In this document: in pieces, positions 51,923-64,000 of the stretch
Layout of the letters: every line of letters starts with the position of its first letter
Position numbering within the stretch: position 1 is the first letter of the stretch
From: Antedon mediterranea
Taxonomy: Eukaryota; Animalia; Echinodermata
DNA length: 64,000 bases
Direction: 5' to 3'
Assembly: GCF_964355755.1 (NCBI RefSeq)
Contig: NC_092670.1
Span: 26,026,795-26,090,794, forward strand
Notes under the pieces: generated by a model
The model's database searches: none
What the model saw: only the letters and a program-made list of their open reading frames with translations
What the model was told of the DNA's origin: nothing
Position numbers and translations under genes: made by a program

Positions 51923-54504
51923 TATATATCAGAAGAATGAGCAATTCTTGATTTTTGCAGTGGAAATTTGTATCACTTTTAACAGAGCATGGGTGATTAT
52001 AAATTAGAACCCAAAAACAATGACAAATGCTGTCAGAAGTTGGATGGTTATAACTAAAAATAAAGATCAAAGATCAAGTGGAAAACCCTCAACTAAGTTG
52101 GTTAATTCACTCGATGGCAATTTAATTTAATGATTTAAATGTGACATCAGTGTGCCGTTTCGGCCTAAGGGTTTTAAAGCTGAGATACAGGCATGAATTT
52201 TAAATATAATATTTGGTTAATTGTACATAAGGTAGTTAACCTAATGTAATAATGTCTTGTGACTCCCTATAAGGTGAAAAAAGATGGTGGATATACGGTG
52301 GATAATTTTTGCTATAGCTTGAAAATAAAAATCTGTACGGTAAGTTGAATAAAAATTCCAGAAATGTAATATTCAAGTTATATTTCCTATACTTAGTCAT
52401 TTGATAACATTTTTACCACACTGTTTTTCATAGCTTTTTAAAATGCCTCTTTATTTACAAAATTTGTGTACAAAAGAGTAGAGATTTTACTGTGTAATTT
52501 GAACTATCAACCCCCCCCACCCCCCCCCTCTCCACTGATAAGAAAGTGCTTATTTTCAACAAGCTTGTGTAACACAAATAAAATCCAAACAATTATGAAA
52601 CATAGGAGAAACTATAGATCGATAATTAATGGAATGTTTGATCAATAGAAATTTTTTACCCGCACCTAGCCCTTGAACGGGTCTCAATGGTGGTACACCT
52701 GCAGAACAAACCTTCAAATCTGCCAGCAACAACTTATCAACTCGACTACCATTCTCTATTCTAAAAGCCTCCTGCTACAGTTAATTTCAAGCCTAGATAA
52801 GGTAGGTATATCTAAGGTGGAGATCTTTACAAAAGTTTTCCCATTGTGCTCGCCTATGTCAGAATTAAGCATAATTTATATATAGATTATGAATATATTT
52901 GTGGCAGACATTATCTATATATAAATTATGGTTAATTCTGACACAGACGAGCACAATGGAAAAACTTCGGTACAAATCTCTGCCTTGGATACCTACCTGA
53001 TCTATCTCAGATGTACCGCGAAACGTAAATTTTATAACATTAGTTTTCACTATTACGATATTGTTCCATATTTCTGTCTTAGGAAGATGTTATAAAGAGT
53101 TTTTTTTTTTTAATTATGATCTCAACGGTAGATTTTCAACTCAATTTCAATTCTACGCTGTCAAAGTAATTTCCAGGTTCACGATGAGTTCACCTTGCAA
53201 CAACCTGGTTTCAACTAAGTTAGCCGTTAGTGGCTATAACCATTTTTTTTTTTTTTTTTAATATACGCCATAAAGCATCGGAATTTAATGTGGGGAATAG
53301 TATTATAAAATTATATAGGGAGATTTAATGATAAGATAGTTTGTTTAAAATCGAGTGAAATCCTGATAGCCGAGTTTGATTGAGTAAGCTGGCAGGAATA
53401 ACTGTAAGCTATCTGGTGTATCCCGTTATGACCGGGATGTCTGCCCATGTTGCAAGCCGTCTAAAATGTCTTCTTTCTTGGGCTGAAACGGCCCACTGTC
53501 GCGGAAGTTAGTTTCAAAAGATGTTTAAATTAAATAATATATTAATTATTAGGATGGTATTTATTTGAATAAACGCCTCTCTAATAAAACATCACTTTGA
53601 ATAATAATCTCCCCCCAACCCAACTATCTAATAAACACCCAATCCACATTTATAATACAAACAATATTGTATTATATTTACATACAAATATTTATATACA
53701 ATTATACTATTTTTTTCATATCTATTAGAGGATTTCATTTGATTATAAATGTTACCATATTATTAAAACAACAAAATTAAACATATCCCTCGAATAAGCA
53801 CCTCCCTCAAATGAACTCCGCTTCCTCCACCTCTGCCTTATAAGGGCTCTACCAAACAATAAACACTATACTTTAAAATGTTATTAATCATCTAAGACAC
53901 TGTGAAACAAAGTAGGTTTAGTTTTACGAATGTCAAGCATTTTCAATAATGGTAACCGACAGAAAACGTACAAGGAGAACGTCCTTCTAAAACCTTTTTA
54001 CCAGAGTCATTATCATTCCGAGAACCATCGTCTACACTTCCTGGAGGGGGAGCGAGCAAAGCGAGCTCACCCTCTAGTAAATTAAATTAACAGTGTGATA
54101 GTAGGTACAAAAACAATTTGCATCCAAAAAACATACTGAGTAGCATCAGTGTCATTTCAAGTATGATTTTCAACATTTGAAAGCTTAACAGTCAACTACA
54201 GTATTAATATTTCTATTATAACCCATAAAAACTGTATATAAATTTGAATCAACATAAATACATTACATGTTTAAAAAACACAAATTGCAATTTTTTACAA
54301 TAGTACATAAAGATAAGAAAAACATCAAGAAAAAAAAGAAATATTTTATTCAAAGTAAAAATACAATGCCCATATGATTAGTTTAATATTTATATAAAAT
54401 ATATTATATAAAATATATCATATATTGTATATATTATATATATAATTATTATATAAATATTACATAAACAAATGTAAAAGTATCTCTTTGGGAACCCCTC
54501 CTCT

Positions 54505-54930
54505 TCTTGAGTTAATATATTGAGAGCATATCAATGTGATCTTTGTTGTGTGTGCATACAATTGAGAACTAGTGCATTTGCACCGTACAATGCCAAGGGT
54601 GTTGCTATTTATTTAAATTCTAACAATATCATTAAAGTGGTCTAATGGTTTAGAACATTTGCATATCAGAATGTTCAGAGTTGGAATCTTGGTTCGGACT
54701 GCCTTTTCTCATCCTCACAGATTTCCTCATCTGTATCATTTGGTATTGTTCAAATTTGATTGGATATGATATGGTACGGTGGATCAACACTGTTGGCGTG
54801 GGCCAGCCAAACAGCACTAGTTCTCAATTGTATACACACTCAAAATAGATCAATTCGAAACTCCCACATCTTTCAGTATATTAATTCAAGACAGTATTGT
54901 TTAGACCTAATTTGATCTCATCAGTGAAGC
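54505..54930. mobile_element. Rod-like fold-back element with tRNA-like loop and terminal hammerhead remnant
   Basis: Four nested inverted-repeat pairs, A/B boxes at 54638-54688, and a minus-strand hammerhead-like motif at 54885-54928. Confidence 0.65.
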
Positions 54931-56514
54931 TGAAGTTTCAAAATAATTATGAACACTGGCACAATATATATCATGGGACAGTTGAGTAGGTAATACACAG
55001 AATTTTTCCAGGAAAGTGTGGAAGCCAAACAAGGTTCAGGGTGGTCTGAATATTATACTATAATACACATAATACTAACCACAATGTTTAGCATTGTACA
55101 GTGACGTGCTTATGCTGTTTTTAGTCATTCACTATTAATTACAATTATAATAAAATAATTTCAAGTACTGTATATGTTTTCGAAAACAATTTTTAGATTA
55201 GAATAGTTATGTATTAGTGTCACAATAATTGTCACTGATATTCCACATGCATTTTACTATACTGAACAAAAAACAATCAAAGTTCGATAAAACAATAAAT
55301 TAATGCAGATTTTCCATGCAGTGAATCAATTGATGTTTTTTTCAATACATCCTTTGAATATGCCATTTATAGAAAAATGAGTACATTTTTCGTGAACTAA
55401 TCTTGTAGAATTCAGATATTCTATAGAAACTTTGCTAAAGGTAAAAATCAATGCTTTTATAAGGTTAAATATTTTAACGAACTTTGATTTTGACTTGTAT
55501 TTTTCTGACACAAAAAACTATTATATAGCTACATGTATATATTAATATCATAATATCTATACCTGAATTATTTCTTGCTCAGAAGACTGCTACAGAAAAG
55601 AAAGTGGAAAAAAAATACAAAACAGTTTTTATCATTTATTTTATTTTGCTTTTTTAAATAGCAATGAAAAAAACAACATTTTAAATGTTAAATCAAAACA
55701 CTTTGAAAGCCTACAAATATTGTTTCGGACGGGCATCATCATAAATTAAGTGCATACATGTTCTAAAAAAGAATATGTGTATATGGCACGTCATTGTAAA
55801 AGTCTAACAACAAATACGTATATATTATAATATCCTGGATTTATAAAACGCTTTATGTTGTGAAACCTCTCTAAACACTGAACATACAGTAGAAAATGAG
55901 GGGAAAAAACTGAACCCAAACCAAGTAGGGGGATACCCTCTTGTAAGTAACCAGGGTTCAGTTTAAATTAAGTACCAGTTGTGTCTCGGTCATCCCAGAC
56001 TTGAGCGCCTCCTACCCTAGTAAAGAAACTGAAACTCATAAAATGAATAGGTTTACTGTATTCTAAGGGTATGTTCAGACGTACGGCGTACATATTTTTG
56101 TGTCTGAACTAGGCCGAGGATTAGCGTTAGGGAGCTGTTACGCCGCGCCAGTAGCGTTAATAACCCTTGCAGGAGAGGGTAGATTTAATAATACTAATAC
56201 AGTGATGCAAAGTGAATTTAACCTTAACCAATGAAAAGACACGACCAGCATACCTGTACAGCGAGATAGCTAAACGTCAAACTATCAGGTTTTCATTTTA
56301 AGGAACTGTACAGTTGGCATCAGCGATATTATATTTTCATAAATTAAATACATTAATCATATAATTGGCCGTGTAATAATTATGTTTGAAATTATTTTGA
56401 AGTAAAATGCAATTGTGCAAGTAGTTTAAAGTAGTAAGAACAAATCAGTATATTTTTAAGGTAACATTATATAAATAAAAATTTAAAAAAAACAACTTTA
56501 GAATGTAAACTGTA

Positions 56515-57045
56515 ATGCGTTTGTCCTGAATGTATGCATGATCAGAGTGTTTTAAACGTAAGGCATTGGAATGATGCGTTTGTCCTGAATGTATGCATGA
56601 TCAGAGTGTTTTAAACGTAAGGCATTGGAATGATGCGTTTGTCCTGAATGTATGCATGATCAGAGTGTTTTAAACGTAAGGCATTGGAATGATGCGTTTG
56701 TCCTGAATGTTTGCATGATCAGAGTGTTTTAAACGTAAGGCATTGGAATGATGCGTTTGTCCTGAATGTATGCATGATCAGAGTGTTTTAAACGTAAGGC
56801 ATTGGAATGATGCGTTTGTCCTGAATGTATGCATGATCAGAGTGTTTTAAACGTAAGGCATTGGAATGATGCGTTTGTCCTGAATGTATGCATGATCAGA
56901 GTGTTTTAAACGTAAGGCATTGGAATGATGCGTTTGTCCTGAATGTATGCACAATCAGAGTGTTTTAAACGTAAGGCATTGGAATGATGCGTTTGTCCTG
57001 AATGTATGCATGATCAGAGTGTTTTAAACGTAAGGCATTGGAATG
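56515..57045. repeat. 59-bp minisatellite, 9 copies
   Basis: Unit atgcgtttgtcctgaatgtatgcatgatcagagtgttttaaacgtaaggcattggaatg; nearly identical copies with no spacers. Confidence 0.97.
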
Positions 57046-57102
57046 TTGATAGTTGTGTCTGAACACCTTGACTTTAAGCACCCGGATTACCGAACGCTGT
57101 TA

Positions 57103-57501
57103 GGGCCCATTTATACTAGAACGATAACGAGCGACGATAAATAGATAAATATGCATTTTTCTTGCATAAAACAAAAGAAATTAGAAAAGATTTTGTTCTA
57201 GAACTATAGGATAATCATTTATGCTGTCTTTTGATAAAAAGGATTTTTTTTTAAATTAAATCAAATGACTTCATGATCAATAAAAACAACAAAATCGTTG
57301 TATTGTCACCATATGATTACTCTTACTAATCATGACGTCATTTGATTTGACGTATGAAAATATCATTTTCATCAAAGACAGCATAGATGGTTATCGTATA
57401 GTTCTAGGATGAAAACTTTTAAAATTTCTTTTGTTTCAGGTATGAAAAATGCATATTTATCTATTTATTGTCGATTGTTATCGCCTAGTGTAAATGGGCC
57501 T
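57103..57501. mobile_element. Near-palindromic Harbinger-type MITE nested in 56067-57518
   Basis: Ends gggcccatttatactag / ctagtgtaaatgggcct, TTA TSD, and long imperfect arms. Confidence 0.85.
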
Positions 57502-58149
57502 TTAGTCTGAACATACCCTAAGTTTTTAGTGAAGACAGAAAGTTTGTTTCTAGGTCACAATTGTATCACAATATTGTACTTTGATTGTATGTATTATATT
57601 TTCTTATGTATTTTTTTATAAACAATAAAAAGTATTTTAATCAAATTTTGAGCTTGTGTGTATCTTGTCATTCATTGTTTAATTATCTATTATATCTAAA
57701 CCTTGTTCGCACTCGCAAATAACTTTACTCAAGGCCATCAGTAAATCTGAGCATTGTTTTTTATTTAAAAATTGTTGATTTATACCTAATTGGGTATGTA
57801 GGCAGGCTTGGAATTGCATTTGGGAGATAGTGCTGTGCTAGGAATCATAGCTTATAGGCAGGGATGGATGCATATGAGTGGTGTGCATTGGGGTACAAAC
57901 ATGAATGAGCTGGGAATACTATACCTTCCATCCCGTTCAGGATTTATGTTCAAAACAATGAAGTCCAGCATGCATTATTTGCTAGCGAGAAAATGGCCGA
58001 GGATTGCCAAACGCATCATTCGGCAGTTGCAAAGAAATTGGTCTTAAAAACACCTTTTTCATACAAATTTGCAATTATAACATGGTTTCAAGTTGAAAAG
58101 TGAATAAAATATGATGAAATTGCTAAAGAAAGGTTTTAAAACAGAAATC

Positions 58150-58710
58150 GGGCAAAAATAGTGTGCAGTTTAGTTTAACGCACAGTGCGAGTGCAAAATT
58201 CTGCGCACTCATGGCAAATTTTAAAAGCTTTAAATTGTCTGAAACATACTCTAATTTCATCGAAAATCAATTTTGAAAATTGTAAGCACGCGTACCCATG
58301 CGCTATATGCACTAAAAGCACGTATTTAGATTGTCATATGATGATTTATGACCTGAAATTTATGAGTACCAAATTTGGTTTAATTATAATACATGCTTGT
58401 GAAGATATGATTAAAAACGTGATTTCGTTAAATCGGGCATACACCACTAATTTTTTATTGCGCACCATGAAAAGATAACCACATCGATTCCTGGCCATAA
58501 GGAATATACTCTGAAAAATTGACGTAGCTAGATGAAATTGATCTCTAAGATAACTGATGGACAAAATATTGCTATCGAAAGAATAAATAAGGATTCTGAC
58601 AGAATCAATAAGGAAAATATATAATAAAATAAATGATAATGCATACAACCTAATAAAGATTCTGACATAATCAATAAGGTTATATGCATGATAATGCATA
58701 TATTAAACCT
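58150..58710 (-). mobile_element. Partial HINE copy (family of 35748-38539)
   Basis: Reverse complement of ~35750-36200, including the aggttatatgc terminal motif. Confidence 0.75.
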
Positions 58711-59189
58711 TATCAACATAGTATAAATATGACAGAATGAACAAATACATTTGAAATGTGTATTAAAAGTATGATAGAATTTTAGTAAATTTTTGCCAAT
58801 AACATATCAGTTTTTATGTTTATAAATTTATAAATAACACTAAACTTATAACTGTTGAAATATTAAAGAATGTCACTATATATTTGAAGGAACCATGCAT
58901 GGAAACAGATTGAACATGATTAGATGTAAATGCCATCGCCTGCCAGTTGCTTATTGATTAGTTCTCTCGGATTATTGACAGTCTATAGCACTGTAGCAGG
59001 CATAATAAATTTTCATTATAATAATGATATAGTGCACCAATGAAAGGTAATTTTAATATATATCTAAATTGTTAATTTGTTGTTAAATGATAAATTTAAA
59101 GTGTGATATTATCAGTGGCAAACAATTGGTTATTGGTTGAGCTCTGTTTGATTTTAAGACAAGGAATATCAACAAGTACAATTTAAACA

Positions 59190-60540
59190 ACCATCTAGGT
59201 CACGCCCCCAGATGGAATACACAGTAATTTCAGCGTAAAAAAAATGAAGATTTCAAATGGATGTACCGGAGGACTCTAATACCTTTTTTGTTTACAGAAA
59301 TGAATAAATAGACACGATGATTTATGTAGTCAACTAAAATTAGCACCCTGGGAATTACTTCCGAAAGAGAATCACAACAATGAGTCAAAATTTTTGATTT
59401 TAAACAAACCCAATTTGTGTTTTGTATGTAACATTAGGGTTGAGGGATGGGGAAGTGGACGGGTAATAAGATGAACAATTTTTAAATATATTCTTTATCC
59501 ACTCAGTAACAAAATATTTGTTCATGTTTTGTAGGCCTATATATATGTTCATGTTTTGTAGGCCTATATATATGTTCATATTTTGTAGGCCTATATATAT
59601 GTTCATGTTTTGTAGGCCTATATATATGTTCATGTTTTGTAGGCCTATATATTTGTTCATGTTTTGTAGGCCTATATATATGTTCATGTTTTGTAGGCCT
59701 ATATATTTGTTCATGTTTTGTAGGCCTATATATAATATACCACATAAAATACAGTAGAACATTTGCGATTTAATAGTAATAGTTTATTTGTATATCTAAC
59801 AGTAGGGTCTACCCACACAGTAATAATAAAGTTTATTTGTATTTTTGTTTATTTATCTTGCCTACTCCCTTAGTTTCCGTGTTTTTGTATGTTTGCAACT
59901 GGTTTTTGTCAATAAATAATAATAATAATAATAAACCGTACCCACACTAACAGTAAGAAATTTGCAATCCAAATATGGTCAATACGTATTTACGGTATTG
60001 CAATTCTATATCTAAAGGTTTTAAGTGTATCCTTTAAGGGCCAATAAATTTACCTACTTGTGTTAAACCAAATATTTATACAGTACTGGGAGGACTGAGA
60101 GATTGGAATGTTCCATTCATCGGAAATAAATAAATTTGTATTTTTTTTCTTTAAAGAAAATCGGCATGTCTTCAACATCATGATTCTGTACTCGAGCTGT
60201 TCAACTGGTTTTCAGGTATTAAAAACAATTATCGTAGAAGGAGATAGGTAAATGCAAAGCATCCTCGTATTATTGTGTGTGGGTATTTTTCAAGATGAAC
60301 ATCCATTAGACAGCGTATACCACGATCGGAAAACAACCGTATTTGGGGCAAATTGTTGAACATAAATTTGTTTTAATCATCAATAACTAATTATTTAACT
60401 CAATTTAATTAGTAAACAGGGTTACATCAGGTGGTTAAAATCAGTACCGAAAGTACGAACCAACTTTATATACCATCGAGTAAACATTCTACAAGTAACG
60501 CATGATTGACCGAATTCAGCCCTTACGTAAATTTATTTAT
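59190..60540. repeat. Dispersed repeat copy 2 (family of 24611-26090)
   Basis: Collinear along its length and in the same orientation. Confidence 0.8.
59514..59733. repeat. 27-bp minisatellite, 8 copies
   Basis: Unit atatatatgttcatgttttgtaggcct. Confidence 0.95.
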
Positions 60541-62525
60541 AGAAAATGAATGGAACATTGTAATGCTTAGTATTTTATTGAACAAAATTTGTATTGGTTA
60601 TCTGTAACGTTTTGTATTACGGAAAACTCTTGTGATTGTCAGGATTCTTTTGGGATTATCGGCAACTTTTGTATTGAAAATTTAGCCAAATGTTTCAAAA
60701 GTATGTCCAGAAGTCCCCATCTCATCACCACATAATAGCTTTGATGTGAATTTGGTATGCCGATTGATACTGTATTTTTGATGGATCAAGTGGACTGATC
60801 ATTTTCTTCCAAAGGTTTTAATTTAAAGACCAAGATTAAGCATGGTCTCAATTAGTCTCCTAACCTCTTAAAACATCTAGAATGGTTTAGAAATATAGGA
60901 TTTTCTTTTGTAAAATGTTTGAGCTGGTATCCAATAGCATCCTGGCTTGGATGGTTCATCATCATTTATATATTGTAAATCTCTGGTTCAGTTTGATTTG
61001 TTTGAAAATATTTTCCAGTAAAAAAATCAAACCTATGTTAGGCATCTTAAATTGTTTATAGATCAGGCATGTTGATCATTCACACATTTTTTACACACAT
61101 TTTATATATGTACAGTTCGTATGAGTAACATCTTCACATCTTTTTTTAGTCATCATAATACAAGTTTACCTTTTATTTTTGTTAATGTGTATTATTTTAT
61201 TATTTATTCAAACCAATCATTGTAACTAATGTAATAATTAACTCTAAAATGTCAATATTTTATAGCAATAAAATCATCAGGATCTTAATGTAGTGTTGAA
61301 TTAGAAAGCAAATGTAGAGCCACTTAATAATTAGAATATGCAATTTCATATGATGTTAAGCTTGGAAAGTTAAATACTGAATATTACATGAATTTCAATA
61401 TCGTATTTGTCACAATTTTATGTTATGTTAGCTTAGATTTACATGGTTTACAAGATGATAAGCTGGCATTGCTGTAATATCATTATGGGAACATCATGGT
61501 ATGCATGTTGCTAATGACAGTAATAGTTTTGTCATTCACACTTACAGTCTATATTTAGGTTGCTGATGTTAAAAAGTGGTTGAAAAAAATGAAACATATT
61601 CTTGATAATGCATTACGAAAGGCATGATTTACTAAATTATCATATAAAAATGGAAGTTGATGAGGAATAACAAGTCATGCGATAGCCTATTTGCAATATT
61701 GATCAAAATCTTAAGTTATGTGTAATTACATCCACATAATAAAGTATGGGTTATATTATTTTTAGAAAACATTACATTTTAAAAATGTATAACTTATATT
61801 CATATTTTTTCCTATATTATTAATTAAACATGCATTATGTAAGATGTATTTAATTCTTTTCTTTGTTCATATTGATTGTGATAAAAAAAAATTGTGCAGC
61901 ATGATAATATGTGCATTTTTTATGAAATGAAAATAAAACAAAATGTATGCAAGAAACAGACAATTATGACCAAGACCCGTTTCAATTTTGTAAAATGTAA
62001 ATATTACCAGTAAAGGTTTTTCCAGATGATCCCTTGCTAACTAATCAATATGAGAACTGTATTGAAGAAGACAGTTTCGTCATGATATTGTGGAAACTAT
62101 CAAATTTTTAGAGTCAACGCTTCTATTCTGTTATGCATATAGAATTATATTGTAAATGGGTACCAATGTATTGTATCTTTTATTTCAAAAGCAAGTGAAT
62201 AGTCTTATTTATTTATTCAATAAGGTTGACTGGAGTTGGAAAATATTCTGTCTCAAATCAAATCAATAGGATAAATAATATACAAGTTAAAAGTTAAAAT
62301 ATTCAGTTGTAAATGGTTCACAGTTAAAATGTCAGTTTGAATACAGAGAGACCAGGGATGTAGCTACATAAATCTGAGTGTGGCTACATTCTTTTTTAGG
62401 GTGGGCAGCCAAAAAAGGGAGAGGGGTTTTTTGAGGTATTAGAAGGAGAAATCGGGGTGCGAAAGATATAGCTTCTGTTTAATTTAATAAATATACTGAT
62501 TTTTACATCTTTTATATAAAAAAGG

Positions 62526-62859
62526 ACAATAATAGGCCTAGTATAACAATAGTAGGCCTAGTATAACAATAATAGGCCTAGTATAACAATAGTAGGCCTA
62601 GTATAACAATAGTAGGCCTAGTATAACAATAGTAGGCCTAGTATAACAATAGTAGGCCTAGTATAACAATAATAGGCCTAGTATAACAATAGTAGGCCTA
62701 GTATAACAATAGTAGGCCTAGTATAACAATAGTAGGCCTAGTATAACAATAGTAGGCCTAGTATAACAATAGTAGGGCTAGTATAACAATAGTAGGCCTA
62801 GTATAACAATAGTAGGCCTAGTATAACAATAGTAGGCCTAGTATAACAATAGTAGGGCT
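62526..62859. repeat. 20-bp minisatellite, ~16.7 copies
   Basis: Unit acaatagtaggcctagtata. Confidence 0.97.
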
Positions 62860-63565
62860 GTAAGTATTCATTTATTGTTAATTATTGTTAATCACAGCTT
62901 CACACAGGATTTACAGGAGTTGCGACAAAGCCTAATGTCATTATCCTGAACGTAGCCACCCTATGATGTATTGTTCATATCGTAGCCGGCGGAATATTAC
63001 ACTACGATGTTATGATAATTACACGTTGATTGTAGGGTGGTTCGTAGCGTTAATAAACACCAATTGCCATCTCCTTTTTTAGAAGCATGGACAATATGCA
63101 CACACACAGTGTTTTTGCTAATTAAAACCCTACCTAAATTATGTATGTTTGACGCTGGGCACAGAGCCTTGAAATTAGAATTAAACCGGGCAGAATCCTT
63201 TTAGTATAGAGACAAAAGCATGTCAATCAATAATTTGAAAAGATGCTTGTTTTAAAAAAAAAATGTATAAAAGCTATATATTATTTACAATGACTGTGTA
63301 TTTTAACTCTCTAATAAGGTCCTAATGACCGTATATTTTGACCATTTAGGCCTATTGTTTAATTTCAAAGTTTTCTCTTAACGGGTCTGAATCTTTCCTG
63401 TTCGACCAGATATTTTTATGGCAGGCAATCGTCGCCAAAAATATGATTACAAACATATAATGTACTTGCAGAAACGTACACTCGCAGAAAGGACAACAAG
63501 GGACAGGCACAAAAATGTATAACACATTCGATCATGTTGTCAATTTGTGAGTGAGTGTGGCCGGA

Positions 63566-63672
63566 GTGAGTGAGTGTGGCCGAGCGGTTAAGACAGTAGA
63601 ACCGTAATTCATAGCCATAACATCGGCAAGGTTTCGAGGCTCACTTGCTCCATGGTTCTGGTGGTAGAACAA

Positions 63673-63706
<34 letters not shown>

Positions 63707-63941
63707 ATGACATCTGGCTTATTTGCACTTTAAAGAACCTAGTACATCTTTCGAGACGAGTTCATACACACACACTGTCGTGGACAGACGTACTGGCGCT
63801 GTAGTTGGCTGCCGATGACACGATGTGACCCTTAAGGGAGAAGAATGTTGTTGAAAAGATGTAACATCTATTAGTCCACAGCGCCTTTGATCACTTGTCG
63901 CTGGAATTGGCGCTTTACAAATTCGTATATATTATATTATT
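63566..63941 (+). mobile_element. tRNA-headed Deu/Nin-like SINE with L2-type tail
   Basis: Same head and core as 43053-43402. Tail acagcgcctttga...ggcgctttacaaat followed by (att)n. Confidence 0.8.
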
Positions 63942-64000
63942 CTGTGCATCCTTTTTCACGACTATGTTTTACGTTTTTATCAAGGCCAGAAGTAAACATC

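Larger units (their letters stand above)
56067..57518. mobile_element. Harbinger-type non-autonomous element
   Basis: 14-bp TIRs gggtatgttcagac / gtctgaacataccc with TAA TSD. Confidence 0.88.

Noticed and set aside
52148-53498. Possible TIR pair cagtgtgccgtttcggcctaag / cttgggctgaaacggcccactg
   Set aside because: No TSD and unclear ends, so not called as an element.
56515-57045. CRISPR-like array (also the arrays at 59514, 62526, 39633 and 32636)
   Set aside because: Units are contiguous with no unique spacers, there are no cas genes, and the context is a eukaryotic intron.
59400-59762. Repetitive ORFs (YIGLQNMN, IYRPTKHE, MFMFCRPIY), and similar ORFs at 39443-39783 and 32334-32759
   Set aside because: These are translations of stop-free tandem repeats.
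35261-64000. Upstream RIMS zinc-finger exon(s)
   Set aside because: No matching Cys-rich coding sequence was found by eye. It probably lies outside the window, though micro-exons could have been missed.

Overview
AT-rich, intron-dominated animal genomic DNA, not prokaryotic. The repeat repertoire suggests a marine invertebrate, possibly an echinoderm, but this is inference. The window lies within a minus-strand RIMS (RIM/unc-10) gene. Four coding exons join in frame at GT-AG sites: 35260-34009 (end of zinc finger plus linker), 15860-15646, 12318-12111 and 7201-7078 (PDZ domain; the last exon is absent from the ORF track). The introns are packed with mobile DNA: a near-intact DD35D pogo transposon and related MITEs, hAT-like and Harbinger-like MITEs (some nested three deep), Helentron/HINE-type elements, a 5'-truncated CR1-group LINE with an open ORF2, decayed Penelope, Mag-like and Gmr1-like Gypsy remnants, tRNA-derived SINEs and minisatellites. 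The most unusual element is a ~390-nt rod-like fold-back with a tRNA-like Pol III promoter in its loop and a decayed hammerhead ribozyme whose cleavage site marks the rod end (54505-54930). Also notable are other minimal hammerheads, and a tandem duplication around a RIMS exon in which the second copy lacks the exon. All calls were made by eye; no searches or folding were run.
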